A DNA stretch of 24,544 nucleotides, counting the filler, from an uncultured virus (IMG/VR IMGVR_UViG_2049941000_000719) (Duplodnaviria; Heunggongvirae; Uroviricota; Caudoviricetes). It is 2 parts of one record of this genome, joined end to end, with 100 filler letters (N's around TTAATTAATTAA, not from the genome) between each part and the next. Parts side by side here need not be neighbours in the genome. Positions count along the whole stretch, not along the records: positions 1 to 12,934 come from IMGVR_UViG_2049941000_000719; positions 13,035 to 24,544 come from IMGVR_UViG_2049941000_000719. One strand, 5' to 3'. Below are positions 10,231 to 19,374 of the stretch, in pieces; the stretch's first letter is position 1; each line of letters starts with the position of its first letter. Under the pieces are notes generated by a model, which was given only the letters and a program-made list of their open reading frames with translations, was not told the origin of the DNA and did no database searches. A program made the translations under genes and the position numbers.

Positions 10231-10674
10231 TTACCTGTCCAACATGTATTTGGCAATCAATGCCGCAATACCGATACCGAGCATGGTTGTCCACACCATC
10301 GCGGCTTCCTGCGGTATCAGGACACCCCATATTGTCGAGGTCAGGATGCCGAGCACGATGGGCATCGTGATGTTGCCGGTTTTCTCATACGAACGATATA
10401 TAATCGCCGACCAGATGACCACGAAAAACCACGCTCCCCAAACAGTGGTCAATGGCGCTATCATCGAATATGCAAATCCGAATCCGTCAAAAACCTCGGC
10501 ATCCGGGTGATACCAATATTGGGTGAATGTTCCGTAGTTGTAATCGGGAATTGATATGTTTTCCAGATTCAATGCGGAAACAACCCCTACCTGTAACACC
10601 GTGAGTATTATCAGGATTACTAACGGTATTTTTGATTTTGCAGTTATTTTCTTTATTTTCTCTTTATCCATCAT
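10231..10674 (-). CDS. Membrane protein (signal peptide plus ~3 TM helices), putative virion-tip or assembly protein
   Basis: IPLVILIILTVLQVGVVSA signal peptide; hydrophobic C-terminal helices; GGGGAA RBS. Confidence 0.75.
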   Translation of the reverse strand: MMDKEKIKKITAKSKIPLVILIILTVLQVGVVSALNLENISIPDYNYGTFTQYWYHPDAEVFDGFGFAYSMIAPLTTVWGAWFFVVIWSAIIYRSYEKTGNITMPIVLGILTSTIWGVLIPQEAAMVWTTMLGIGIAALIAKYMLDR

Positions 10675-10692
10675 ATTCCCCCGAATATTTCT

Positions 10693-11115
10693 TCAGTCTT
10701 CAAATATCACACCGCGTACTATCTGTAATACTGCCGCACCGTACGCAAACCATGCGGGCGCCGTCAGCAGTGCACTTAACGCGGTAGGGATTCCCAAGGA
10801 CTGTAAGAAGAACGGCAAATACACCGTTGAATTATATAAAGCTCTGCCGAACATGACTAATACATCCAATATGGATGTCTCATCCAATCCCGTCATTTGG
10901 AAATCAGAGTAATTTACAGTTGATATTAATCCGGTGTCCGTTGCAAGATAGTAATTGTTTGTATCACTATCATACGTATAAGTCCAATTTCCGCTTAAAT
11001 TGGATGAATATTGAAGTCCGGGATATGCCGCTCCGAAAAGCGCCATCTCCGACATCAAAGCCACGGACAAGTTCAGGATGAATAAAAACATCGCGATTTG
11101 ATAACCTTTTATCAT
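10693..11115 (-). CDS. 140-aa membrane protein with N- and C-terminal TM helices and a glycosylatable loop
   Basis: GGAGGT RBS before ATG 11115; sequons NLS, NWT, NYS. Confidence 0.75.
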   Translation of the reverse strand: MIKGYQIAMFLFILNLSVALMSEMALFGAAYPGLQYSSNLSGNWTYTYDSDTNNYYLATDTGLISTVNYSDFQMTGLDETSILDVLVMFGRALYNSTVYLPFFLQSLGIPTALSALLTAPAWFAYGAAVLQIVRGVIFED

Positions 11116-11116
11116 A

Positions 11117-14100
11117 TTAAGACCTCCTTTGAGTGAATCCCGCAACCATTGCAATTACTATCGCAATAATAAGCCAATGCCACGGAATTGTAAGCCATCC
11201 GAGGTATGTGAAGAATATCGCACACATCGCGACAACCACGGCACCGCGAATTGCGGACATATAGCTGAATAACCCCGCAATCAGGATGAGCAGACACGAG
11301 AACAAAACATTGAGGATGTTTTTGTCCAACGGAATCGGTATAATATCCTGAGATGCCGAGACAAAGAAGTTGTTTCTTGTGACTCCCGAAACTCTGTTTG
11401 CCGAAAATTCGACTTTATACGACGTAGTATCATCGATAATCGGAAGTGTCTCGTTAATCGATTCCGTTCCGGTAAACGTTTCATCATAGACTGTTTCCCA
11501 TGTATCCGTCCGCATAATTTTGACATTCACATTTTGTGTCTGTCCCGATGAATCGGCATATTTGAACTGAATTCCGCCCGCCTGTGTATCCCATGTCGCG
11601 CCGTATGTGACGGAAGAGCTTATCGGGCTTGAGTATATGGAAATTGTCTGTGAATTCACGTTCGGTGTTGCCTGATAAATCATGATCTTTTCACCGTTGC
11701 CGACATCAAATTTATAATTTTGACCTGCCGTGAGCAAAATCACATATTTTCCGACGGAATCCGTCAAGCCTTGTGCAAAAGGACTCCATAGATTGTTATT
11801 GTAAATAGAGACATTTATTCCCACATTTCTGTATGAATCACTGTCTTTGTATGCGTAAAGGGTAAACCAGAAGGTATTTGTACTCGGCTCAGGAGCCGGA
11901 GATGTCTGCTGATAGAATGTCAGACCGTCAGTGCGACCCGCCAAGACAAAATTCCCGCTTGTAGCAATCTTTAACGCCGTTATCGGATTGTCGCTTTCTG
12001 AGGAATATTCGAGATACCAATTTGAAGATTGATCTTTACTGAATAGATACATCTTGCCGTCGGATCCTCCCGACGTTGCCCACAATGCATTACCGGCAAT
12101 ATCCACATGCCGAACATCTCCGCCCGCCGTGTATGTTCCCACTCTCGCCGCGATCTGACTGTATATGTCAGTATATTGTCCCTGTCCGATAACGGACATT
12201 GCCGCCTCGTTAGCCGTCGCTATCCCATATACCGTACCCTCACTGCCTAAGACCGCATTATAGGATGTTCCAAATCCTGAAGACGTAATCTGATCATGAT
12301 AGACTCTTGATGCCGTTGCTGTTCCTAACCAATCTCCCGCATCCGATACACTGATAGACTCTATCGCTCCTGTGACTGTTTTAGATGCCTGATACTCATA
12401 GATAGATAATGTCGGCTTTGTGCGCAGTTCATATGTGCCTGTGAAATCAACCGCGTTATTGTATGTTGTCTGTGTGTGCTGCGGAGAACTGCCTTGATAA
12501 TTATAGAATAACCATGTCTGTCCTGTTGAGGACGGCTGAATTTGCAACAAACCCTCAGACACCCAAACGTCATTTAAATTACTGCCTGTAGATCCGCCGC
12601 CAATAAATAATTTGTCTCCGACAACCCAACTACATGCCGCATATCGCGCCGCCCATCCCGCCGAGGCAGTCTGTTGAGTCCATGTTTGACCAAAATCCTC
12701 AGACACCCAAATATCTCTTAAATTACCGCCTGAAAATCCCCCGCCAATAAATAATTTATCTCCGACAACCCAACTACATGCTAATTGCCTTGCAGACCAT
12801 CTCGCCGAGGCTGTTTGTTGAGTCCATGTAATACCTAAATCCTCAGACACCCAAACATCCCTAAAATAATTACTGCCTGTTCTTCCCCCGCCAATAAATA
12901 ATTTATCTCCGACAACCCAACTACATGCTGCTTGNNNNNNNNNNNNNNNNNNNNNNNNNNNNNNNNNNNNNNNNNNNNTTAATTAATTAANNNNNNNNNN
13001 NNNNNNNNNNNNNNNNNNNNNNNNNNNNNNNNNNTCTTTCCCGTTCAGATATTTCACGATAACCATCATGAATCCTCCCGAAATTCCGAGGATTTCAAGC
13101 ACAAACAGATATATCCCTAAATAAATATCCGAAGGGTTGCAGACGGAAATAACCCCTAAAGCAAAGGTTATTCCAATCAATCCTTCAAGATATGCTGACA
13201 GTGCGGTTTTCATATCCTCTTTGGTTTTACCGAATTCCTTCCAATCCTCTATTAATCCCATGATATTCCCTCTTCNNNNNNNNNNACATATCGCGCCGCC
13301 CATCCCGCCGAGGCAGTCTGTTGAGTCCATGTAATACCTAAATCCTCAGACACCCAAACGTCATTTAAATTACTGTCTGTAGATCCGCCGCCAATAAATA
13401 ATTTGTCTCCGACAACCCAACTACATNNNNNNNNNNTCTCCCCCCGCCAATAAATAATTTATCTCCGACAACCCAACTACATGCTGAATGTCTTGCAGAC
13501 CATCCCGCCGAGGCAGTCTGTTGAGTCCATGTTTGACCGTAATCCTCAGACACCCAAACATCATTTAAAGTACTGCCTGTAGATCCGCCGCCAATAAATA
13601 ATTTATCTCCGATAACCCAACTACATGCTGATTGTCTTGCAGACCATCCCGCCGAGGCTGTTTGTTCTGTCCATACTGCTCCTAAAGTATCCAAATAATT
13701 ATATGCCCCTGTTGTATTCAATGATGAATCTGAAACGGCAATATAGTCATAAACCTGTTCCCAAAGTTCATCTCCCAGAGTTGTATTTGATAGTATAATT
13801 GCCTCAGTCTGATCCGGATTGGTATATAGAATCAAAAGGTTTTGGAAATCCGCAAAATTTGTATTAAACGAATTATAATTATTAACTGCCCAATAATCAT
13901 CTGTTGTCGTGATTACATATTTGTCAAGTTTAGATGTGCCTGACTGAACAATTGCATAATCATCATTAGGATCGATAACTCCGAGATCAAATGTGCCCGC
14001 AGTTGAATTGTAATCAAGATTACCATTTGAGAGATATTTATGAAATATGCCGGATTCTACAATCAGCACGTTGCCGACATCCGAGATATCAATATCCGTG

Positions 14101-14492
14101 ATATCCGTAAACTGTTCAGTCCATGTTATTTGCCCATCGTCAATATAATAGACCTCGTTTCCATCAGTATAAAGCGCCGTTTTGCTCCCGTCAGCTGTGC
14201 AGACAATTTCCTGAACGGCTCCCGATATGCTGAATGTGTTTTGCTGTGTGCCCTGTGAATCATACACATACAGCGTAGAGTCCGCACCGTCAGCAATTGC
14301 CGCATAAATTATGCTCCCATCCTCAGCCATATCAGCTGCTAAGACATCGCCGATCTCCTTTGTCCATGCGACCGATGTGTCCGCGGAAACAATACCGACG
14401 ATGCCAAAAATCAAAATACAGACTAATGCGATGTGAAAAAGAGAGTTATTGTCTGTTGTTGTTATTTTTGTTGATTCTTTTTTTTTATACAT
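11117..14492 (-). CDS. Large membrane-anchored adhesin or receptor-binding protein: signal peptide, WD40-like blades, Kelch/Asp-box repeats, more WD40-like blades, two Ig-like domains, three C-terminal TM helices; broken by assembly gaps
   Basis: Track ORFs 13365..14492 and 11117..12850 share the same 48-aa repeat; GGTGAT RBS at the 14492 start; ILIFGIVGIVSA signal; C-terminal TM trio. Confidence 0.75.
12979..12990. other. Artificial contig linker TTAATTAATTAA inside an N-run
   Basis: Six-frame-stop spacer flanked by Ns on both sides. Confidence 0.85.
13036..13261 (-). CDS. Small 2-TM protein, family B (3' partial; fragment probably misplaced in the scaffold)
   Basis: GAGGGA RBS, MGLIEDWKEFGKTKEDMKTAL...; bounded by gaps on both sides. 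Confidence 0.6.
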
Positions 14493-14496
14493 AATA

Positions 14497-14667
14497 TCAC
14501 CAAACTATCAGGGCATATATCATTCCTACCAGTGCGGCACCGCAGAATGTGCCGCCGACCTGACACACTGTGTCGATGAGTATATCCGCAAAGGTCATCT
14601 CGTGAAGATGTCCCTCGTCATCTATGTAAAACATGTTTTCATATCGTTTCGGGCTGAGTATTTTCAT
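14497..14667 (-). CDS. 56-aa protein with a C-terminal TM helix (MKILSPKRYENMF...ALIVW), not in the ORF track
   Basis: GGGGGA RBS; its stop overlaps the GGTGA RBS of the adhesin gene. Confidence 0.6.
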   Translation of the reverse strand: MKILSPKRYENMFYIDDEGHLHEMTFADILIDTVCQVGGTFCGAALVGMIYALIVW

Positions 14668-14848
14668 TTGATTTTTCCCCCAAGATAATCTGCATTGCCG
14701 TAAAACATATCCCTGTTATACAGGTGAATGCAAAGACGCACATTCCGAGATCGGTTACCGTCTGTATCATTACAATTGCCGGAAGTACCCATAAAATAAT
14801 ACAGAATACAAGTTCTGCTATTTTATTCTGCCCCGCATATTCGCTCAT
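14639..14848 (-). CDS. 69-aa 2-TM membrane protein
   Basis: Two hydrophobic helices; overlaps both neighbours as in an operon. Confidence 0.6.
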   Translation of the reverse strand: MSEYAGQNKIAELVFCIILWVLPAIVMIQTVTDLGMCVFAFTCITGICFTAMQIILGEKSNENTQPETI

Positions 14849-15095
14849 TTGTCGTGTTCTCCTGACATAAATAACATAGGAAATTACTCATAACCAGTAT
14901 TGTTGTAATCATGAATCCATACATGGTCAAAACACACAGGTTTTGGCACCAGTTTTCGATGTCGATTATGAAATTGAAATGGAAATTTAACGTAAGTGTG
15001 AGTATTGCCGCTATGTAATAGCACAACCATCCCAAAATATATATTTTGAATACCGACACAAGTTCTTTTTTGGTAACATTCTGTTTTAGTTTCAT
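14823..15095 (-). CDS. 90-aa 2-TM protein, family B
   Basis: AGGGGG RBS before ATG 15095; TKKEL...YLCQE. Confidence 0.65.
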   Translation of the reverse strand: MKLKQNVTKKELVSVFKIYILGWLCYYIAAILTLTLNFHFNFIIDIENWCQNLCVLTMYGFMITTILVMSNFLCYLCQENTTNERICGAE

Positions 15096-15115
15096 TATTG
15101 CCCCCCTTTTGAGTA

Positions 15116-15391
15116 TTATACCGTCACGGTTGCGGTTTCCGGTTTGACTAACTCGTCCTGACACAGATAGTATATCACCATTGCCAACAGAGATGTTACG
15201 AACGCTGAATACATTAATGCCATTCCGACAATCCAACTCATAAAATCAAATGAATTTACGAGACAGTATTCCAATAAATGAACGGCTGTATAAAATCCCA
15301 TGCCAATCTCCAAAATTTTGAGACAGTCTTTTAAAAATTTCAACATATCCGCTTTATCTATCAATTTATAAGGTCTATTCAGTAATCTCAT
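15116..15391 (-). CDS. 91-aa 2-TM protein, family B
   Basis: AGGGGA RBS before ATG 15391; DKADM...YLCQD. Confidence 0.65.
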   Translation of the reverse strand: MRLLNRPYKLIDKADMLKFLKDCLKILEIGMGFYTAVHLLEYCLVNSFDFMSWIVGMALMYSAFVTSLLAMVIYYLCQDELVKPETATVTV

Positions 15392-15597
15392 TGTAATCCC
15401 CTTCAATCCCNNNNNNNNNNNNNNNNNNNNNNNNNNNNNNNNNNNNNNNNNNNNNNNNNNNNNNNNNNNNNNNNNNNNNNNNNNNNNNNNNNNNNNNNNN
15501 NNNNNNNNNNNNNNNNNNNNNNNNNNNNNNNNNNNNNNNNNNNNNNNNNNNNNNNNNNNNNNNNNNNNNNNNNNNNNNNNNNNNNNNNNNNNNNNNN

Positions 15598-15850
15598 TTG
15601 CACCGCCTGATATTGTGGCGGTGTAAATCATCCAAATGAAACAGCATATAATGAACGGCACCGGGAACCACTGCCAACACAGCAGTAGGTTCTGTATGAT
15701 GTAANNNNNNNNNNCAGGCACCCCCGAATTCACAGCCAGATCATAGAGTGTAATCGTGACCAGATCATAAAGTGCTGTATAAACGAACATTACCGCCGCT
15801 ATCGCAAAAACGACGGTAATTCCTGAGTATGCTACGTCTCTTAATGTCAT
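15598..15850 (-). CDS. Hydrophobic hairpin membrane protein (3' partial), possible minor capsid protein
   Basis: Two hydrophobic helices; ATGA overlap with the upstream gene. Confidence 0.65.
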
Positions 15851-16119
15851 ATTCTATCCTCCCCATCATCGGAATTACCGAGGAAAATCCAAAGTATGGG
15901 CGCGATGATGCACAGGATGAAGATGAAAAGCATCGTGGACAGCCCTATTCCGAAGAAATCATAGATTGCCGTGTAATAAGTCAACCACACGTCAGAAAGG
16001 GATGTTGAGTCTAACGTGCCGTAGACCGAATAAAATACAATTCCTCCTACGTAGATAACTACGGTTAATCCGATTACGGTTGCTATAACTCCGCTGACCG
16101 ATCTGAATTCGCTTCCCAT
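15847..16119 (-). CDS. 90-aa hydrophobic hairpin protein, possible minor capsid protein
   Basis: GGAGGA RBS; two TM helices with a ~25-aa linker. Confidence 0.7.
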   Translation of the reverse strand: MGSEFRSVSGVIATVIGLTVVIYVGGIVFYSVYGTLDSTSLSDVWLTYYTAIYDFFGIGLSTMLFIFILCIIAPILWIFLGNSDDGEDRI

Positions 16120-16156
16120 TGTTTATTCCTCCTGTTTTACGATGTATTTGTGAATT

Positions 16157-16891
16157 TTATTTCAGGAACATAATTCCCACGCCGAGGAGAACACCCGCAA
16201 TAAAGCAGATTATCGGCAGATAATTTGTCGACGGACTCTGAGCTTTCTCATCGGTGACTTTTTTCATTGCTTCCTGATATCCCGTCAGGTCGGATGCCGT
16301 GAGGTTGCGCGGATAGTATCTCTGCAAGTCATACACGGGAACATATGAGAATGCTCTCATGCGGATTTCGGCATCCGACGGGCATTTTTCGATTGCCGCA
16401 TACAGTGTGTCAAAGTTTGTAATCGGCGCACGGTCTGCTTTCTTCGGTAACCACGTGAAATCAGGTTCAAACATGAATTCAGGTTCGTCGTCGGAATTCC
16501 ATGCATTTATGAAATCGAGTGTTGCGATGTTGATTTTCGGGTCAAGTGTCAATCCCCAGTAATCTACAAGGAGTTCTGCGTTACATTCTCCGAATAAGTG
16601 GTGTTCGGTCTTTTTTGCCGTCCACGTCATTCCGAGTGCGCTGAACACTCCGCTGAAATATCTCAGCCTTTTGAAAGATACACGGTGATTCTGGAATATA
16701 ATTCCAATATCTTTATCATCACCCGCACCGAATAGCGCCGTCCAGAAATATCCTTCGACCGGACCTAACTTGCTGTATCCGAGATACATTGCAAATCCCA
16801 TGACCATGATTACGAGAATCAGAAAGATTATTGCCCACGTGCTTAATCCGATTCCCAAAATGCTCTGCTCATAAACTGTGATATATGCCAT
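16157..16891 (-). CDS. 244-aa membrane protein with N- and C-terminal TM helices and a soluble middle domain
   Basis: Clean ORF, GGAG RBS, terminal hydrophobic helices. Confidence 0.75.
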   Translation of the reverse strand: MAYITVYEQSILGIGLSTWAIIFLILVIMVMGFAMYLGYSKLGPVEGYFWTALFGAGDDKDIGIIFQNHRVSFKRLRYFSGVFSALGMTWTAKKTEHHLFGECNAELLVDYWGLTLDPKINIATLDFINAWNSDDEPEFMFEPDFTWLPKKADRAPITNFDTLYAAIEKCPSDAEIRMRAFSYVPVYDLQRYYPRNLTASDLTGYQEAMKKVTDEKAQSPSTNYLPIICFIAGVLLGVGIMFLK

Positions 16892-16946
16892 ATTTTGACT
16901 CCTTTGTTATTTTGTGTTGTTTGTTTTTTATTCAGTCCGCCGTCGG

Positions 16947-17640
16947 TTAATTCCTCTTCAGGAAACTGAAAAATCCTCCGGACTTACTTGATTTTTTCTC
17001 TTCGGGGACACTCCTTAAGGCATCTACGACACCGGGGTTGAGTGTTCTGCCGAGGATGGTTGCATCTCTTAATCCGTCGCCTTCATAGGTTGTGCTCCTC
17101 GCTATGAGGTTGCGCGCCCAATGATGCAATTGGATGTAATCTGTGGGTGACATTTCGCGCGCTACCCTGCTGTCCGCAAGTGACGCGATAATGGATGCGT
17201 GCATCAAGTCCATGGCTTTTTTCTGCTGTTCGACGTTGGATGTGTTCGTCATGGTCTGGTGAATTCCCCCTTCAAACATTATCCAAAGTGCGTCCTGAAT
17301 ATACTTCTTGGATGCCGGCAGTGTGAAAGTCGTTTCTTTCTTGATGAGCGTTTCACTCAGCCCCTCACTTCCGCCGTAAGGTGTCGGGGACATGTCATCC
17401 GACATATCGGGCATATCCGACATGTCCGGATGATAGACTCTTNNNNNNNNNNTCGGCATCTTCGGGCATGTCAGGCATGTCGGGTGCGGCATCGTCTGCA
17501 TATCCCCCCATATCGGGCTGTTCGCCGTAATCGTCGTCGGGTGTTCCCCCGCGGTTTAACAAATCATTTATTGAACCGAGGCATGTGCCGTCTTCCATGA
17601 AGATGTTCCCCGATTCTTCATCAAGTAATAAATTTCTCAT
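16947..17640 (-). CDS. Hypothetical protein with an acidic (P/S)DM-repeat N-region and a C-terminal amphipathic helix (joined across the gap at 17443-17452)
   Basis: PDMPDMP before the gap and PDMSDMPDMS after it; ends KKSSKSGGFFSFLKRN. Confidence 0.7.
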
Positions 17641-17670
17641 TATATTCCCCCTTTATCTTATTTCGGTGTT

Positions 17671-18177
17671 TTACCGCACCGCGGTTGAGTATGCCGATGA
17701 TGCCAAGTTCTGTATGTGTATTCTGTACACATTGACTACACCGATGATGAGCATCATTACGGTTATCCAGATTAACCATGGCGGTTGAGTGTACACAACA
17801 GGCATCAAGTAGACCTGTGCGGACTCGTTGAGCTGAACGGTGACAACTTCATATGACCAAGATTGGACGTTGAATGCCGTAACTGACAGAAATCCGAACA
17901 TTACCGTGCTTATTGTCGCAATTATATCCGAACCGTTTTTGAGTGTCCACTTGAGCGATGCAAGGAAAAACACAAATGCGGTTACGAAAATTCCCCACCA
18001 TGACAGCATTGAGACGTGAACCGAGTCATTTCCCAAGTTGAATACGGGTTGCTGACTGAATTTCACATCCCACGGAATACTCTTGCCGACATCTTCCCCG
18101 GATGCGGGGGATATCATAAATACCGTCAACACGATGAGAAAAGCAATTGTTATCCGTGTTGCGAATTTGGAATACAT
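17671..18177 (-). CDS. 168-aa membrane protein (signal peptide plus 3 TM helices)
   Basis: GGGGTGAG RBS before ATG 18177; sequons NDS and NES. Confidence 0.75.
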   Translation of the reverse strand: MYSKFATRITIAFLIVLTVFMISPASGEDVGKSIPWDVKFSQQPVFNLGNDSVHVSMLSWWGIFVTAFVFFLASLKWTLKNGSDIIATISTVMFGFLSVTAFNVQSWSYEVVTVQLNESAQVYLMPVVYTQPPWLIWITVMMLIIGVVNVYRIHIQNLASSAYSTAVR

Positions 18178-18181
18178 CTTC

Positions 18182-18361
18182 TCACCCCGCCTTAAATTTA
18201 CTGAATACCGCAAGTATTACAGCAATTATCAATACGAGAATAAGAATTCCGAACAATCCGAAACCCGATGTTACCGTGTTTTCGATTGTATCCTGTAAAC
18301 CTGAATACGGAGATATTTCCGTTAAAATAAGATTGCTCTGAAAAAGTAAGTTAGAGGTCAT
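18182..18361 (-). CDS. 59-aa truncated paralog of the capsid-like protein (minor capsid candidate)
   Basis: GAGGT RBS; SPYSGLQDTIENTVTSGFGLFGILILVLII aligns with SPYYALQNSLETTTASGYGLIAIVIIIVAA. Confidence 0.7.
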   Translation of the reverse strand: MTSNLLFQSNLILTEISPYSGLQDTIENTVTSGFGLFGILILVLIIAVILAVFSKFKAG

Positions 18362-18375
18362 GATGTACCTCTGAC

Positions 18376-18770
18376 CTACTGCTGTCTGCGCTGAATCAGC
18401 GTGATTGCCGCCATGANNNNNNNNNNGCAGCTGCAACAATGATGATTACAATCGCGATTAAGCCGTATCCGGATGCGGTTGTGGTCTCAAGTGAGTTCTG
18501 GAGTGCATAGTACGGACTTGACTCGTTAACGGCAGGCATTGCCTGCTGAACGCTTGCGAGAATAATAACACCGATTGCGATGACGATTGCCAGTGCAATG
18601 AACGATGTAACCATTCCGGTAATCCAATCCGTAAAACCATTCTCATTGAGTCCAAGCGTCTCTCTTGTCTCCTCACGAAGACCTGAGAAAGCGCTCTCCC
18701 CCATTCTGTATGCCTGTGCTCTGCGTGCGATAAGACCGCCCGCAAGGCTGAGCTTTTCTTTAAGACTCAT
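18376..18770 (-). CDS. Putative major capsid protein of spindle-shaped-virus type (leader plus two-helix hydrophobic hairpin); real C-terminus ...IMAAITLIQRRQQ* after the gap
   Basis: Strong GGAGG RBS; first gene after the promoter motif; ~45-aa leader ending NENG|F; two hydrophobic helices; NES sequon in the loop; basic tail. Confidence 0.65.
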
Positions 18771-18810
18771 AACTTATTTCCCTCCTATACTGTCATTTGT
18801 TTGATGGAAT

Positions 18811-18917
18811 ATATAAAAATACATTACAAATTTTGGTTTGACCTCCGTATCACCATGGATTTTGAGATTCATCAACGGTCTTCGCGGCATTTTGAAAATT
18901 GTAATGTATTTTCATAT
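18811..18917. promoter_or_regulatory. Divergent promoter pair, each with TTGTAATGTATTTT plus a TATA-like box
   Basis: Motif at 18816-18829(-) faces the capsid gene; motif at 18899-18912(+) faces the family A genes. Confidence 0.7.
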
Positions 18918-18951
18918 NNNNNNNNNNAAACATATTGTGGAGGGAAATACG

Positions 18952-19356
18952 TTGATTAATAAATTCCACATAGATCGTAATCCTATGGGGGTTGTAAAGA
19001 AAAGAATTCTTGAGAAACTATCTGTGGGATGGGGTTGGGAAATTGCGCCAGTTGTGATATCTTTTGAACATAAAAGTGACACTATCTTTTTTATGATAAT
19101 TCATAATGGAAAGGCAATTTTTGCCACCCCTGATGGTAAGCATTACTATATGTTTGTTTCTCAAAAAGGAGATAATTTGACAGGTAAATACACTCCTCTC
19201 GAATTATTGAATCGATTGTACAGTGTTGGGCTTTCAGGGAAAATGAAAGCAGGACTGTTAGATGCACCATCATCATATGTTAATAAGATAGTTCCCAATA
19301 CTGTCAGTCAGAAAACTAATGAGTGTTTTAAATATGTAAAGGAAAGGTTATTTTAA
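18952..19356 (+). CDS. Hypothetical protein, family A (TTG start; alternative ATG 18985)
   Basis: GGAGGG RBS; paralog of 19375..19782. Confidence 0.65.
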   Translation: MINKFHIDRNPMGVVKKRILEKLSVGWGWEIAPVVISFEHKSDTIFFMIIHNGKAIFATPDGKHYYMFVSQKGDNLTGKYTPLELLNRLYSVGLSGKMKAGLLDAPSSYVNKIVPNTVSQKTNECFKYVKERLF

Positions 19357-19374
19357 ATTTTAAGGAGTATAATC

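Larger units (their letters stand above)
12553..13675 (-). repeat. 144-bp coding tandem repeats (48-aa Kelch-like blade with Asp-box SxDxGxTW); 6 visible cores, at least 7 units
   Basis: CCTCAGACACCCAAA recurs at 12553, 12697 and 12841; unit WTQQTASAGWSARxxACSWVVGDKLFIGGGxxGSNLNDVWVSEDxGxT. Confidence 0.9.

Noticed and set aside
12935..13035. TTAATTAATTAA palindrome as a biological site
   Set aside because: It is an artificial six-frame-stop linker within Ns
13036..13275. Real insertion disrupting the adhesin (pseudogene)
   Set aside because: It is bounded by gaps on both sides and paralogous to the genes at 14823-15391, so misplacement is more likely
12553..13675. CRISPR array
   Set aside because: The units are 144-bp in-frame coding repeats with no unique spacers and no cas genes nearby
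12553..13675. Diversity-generating retroelement TR/VR pair
   Set aside because: Differences are not adenine-specific, include an indel, and no reverse transcriptase is visible in the window
15116..15850. Track ORFs of 244 aa (15116..15850), 221 aa (231..896) and 115 aa (12983..13330) as single genes
   Set aside because: They are chimeras read through N-runs; internal RBS plus ATG sites define separate genes
15598..18770. Cellular type IV pilus or archaellum operon
   Set aside because: No assembly ATPase or TadC-like platform protein is seen, and the subunits have two hydrophobic helices rather than a globular head; not fully excluded
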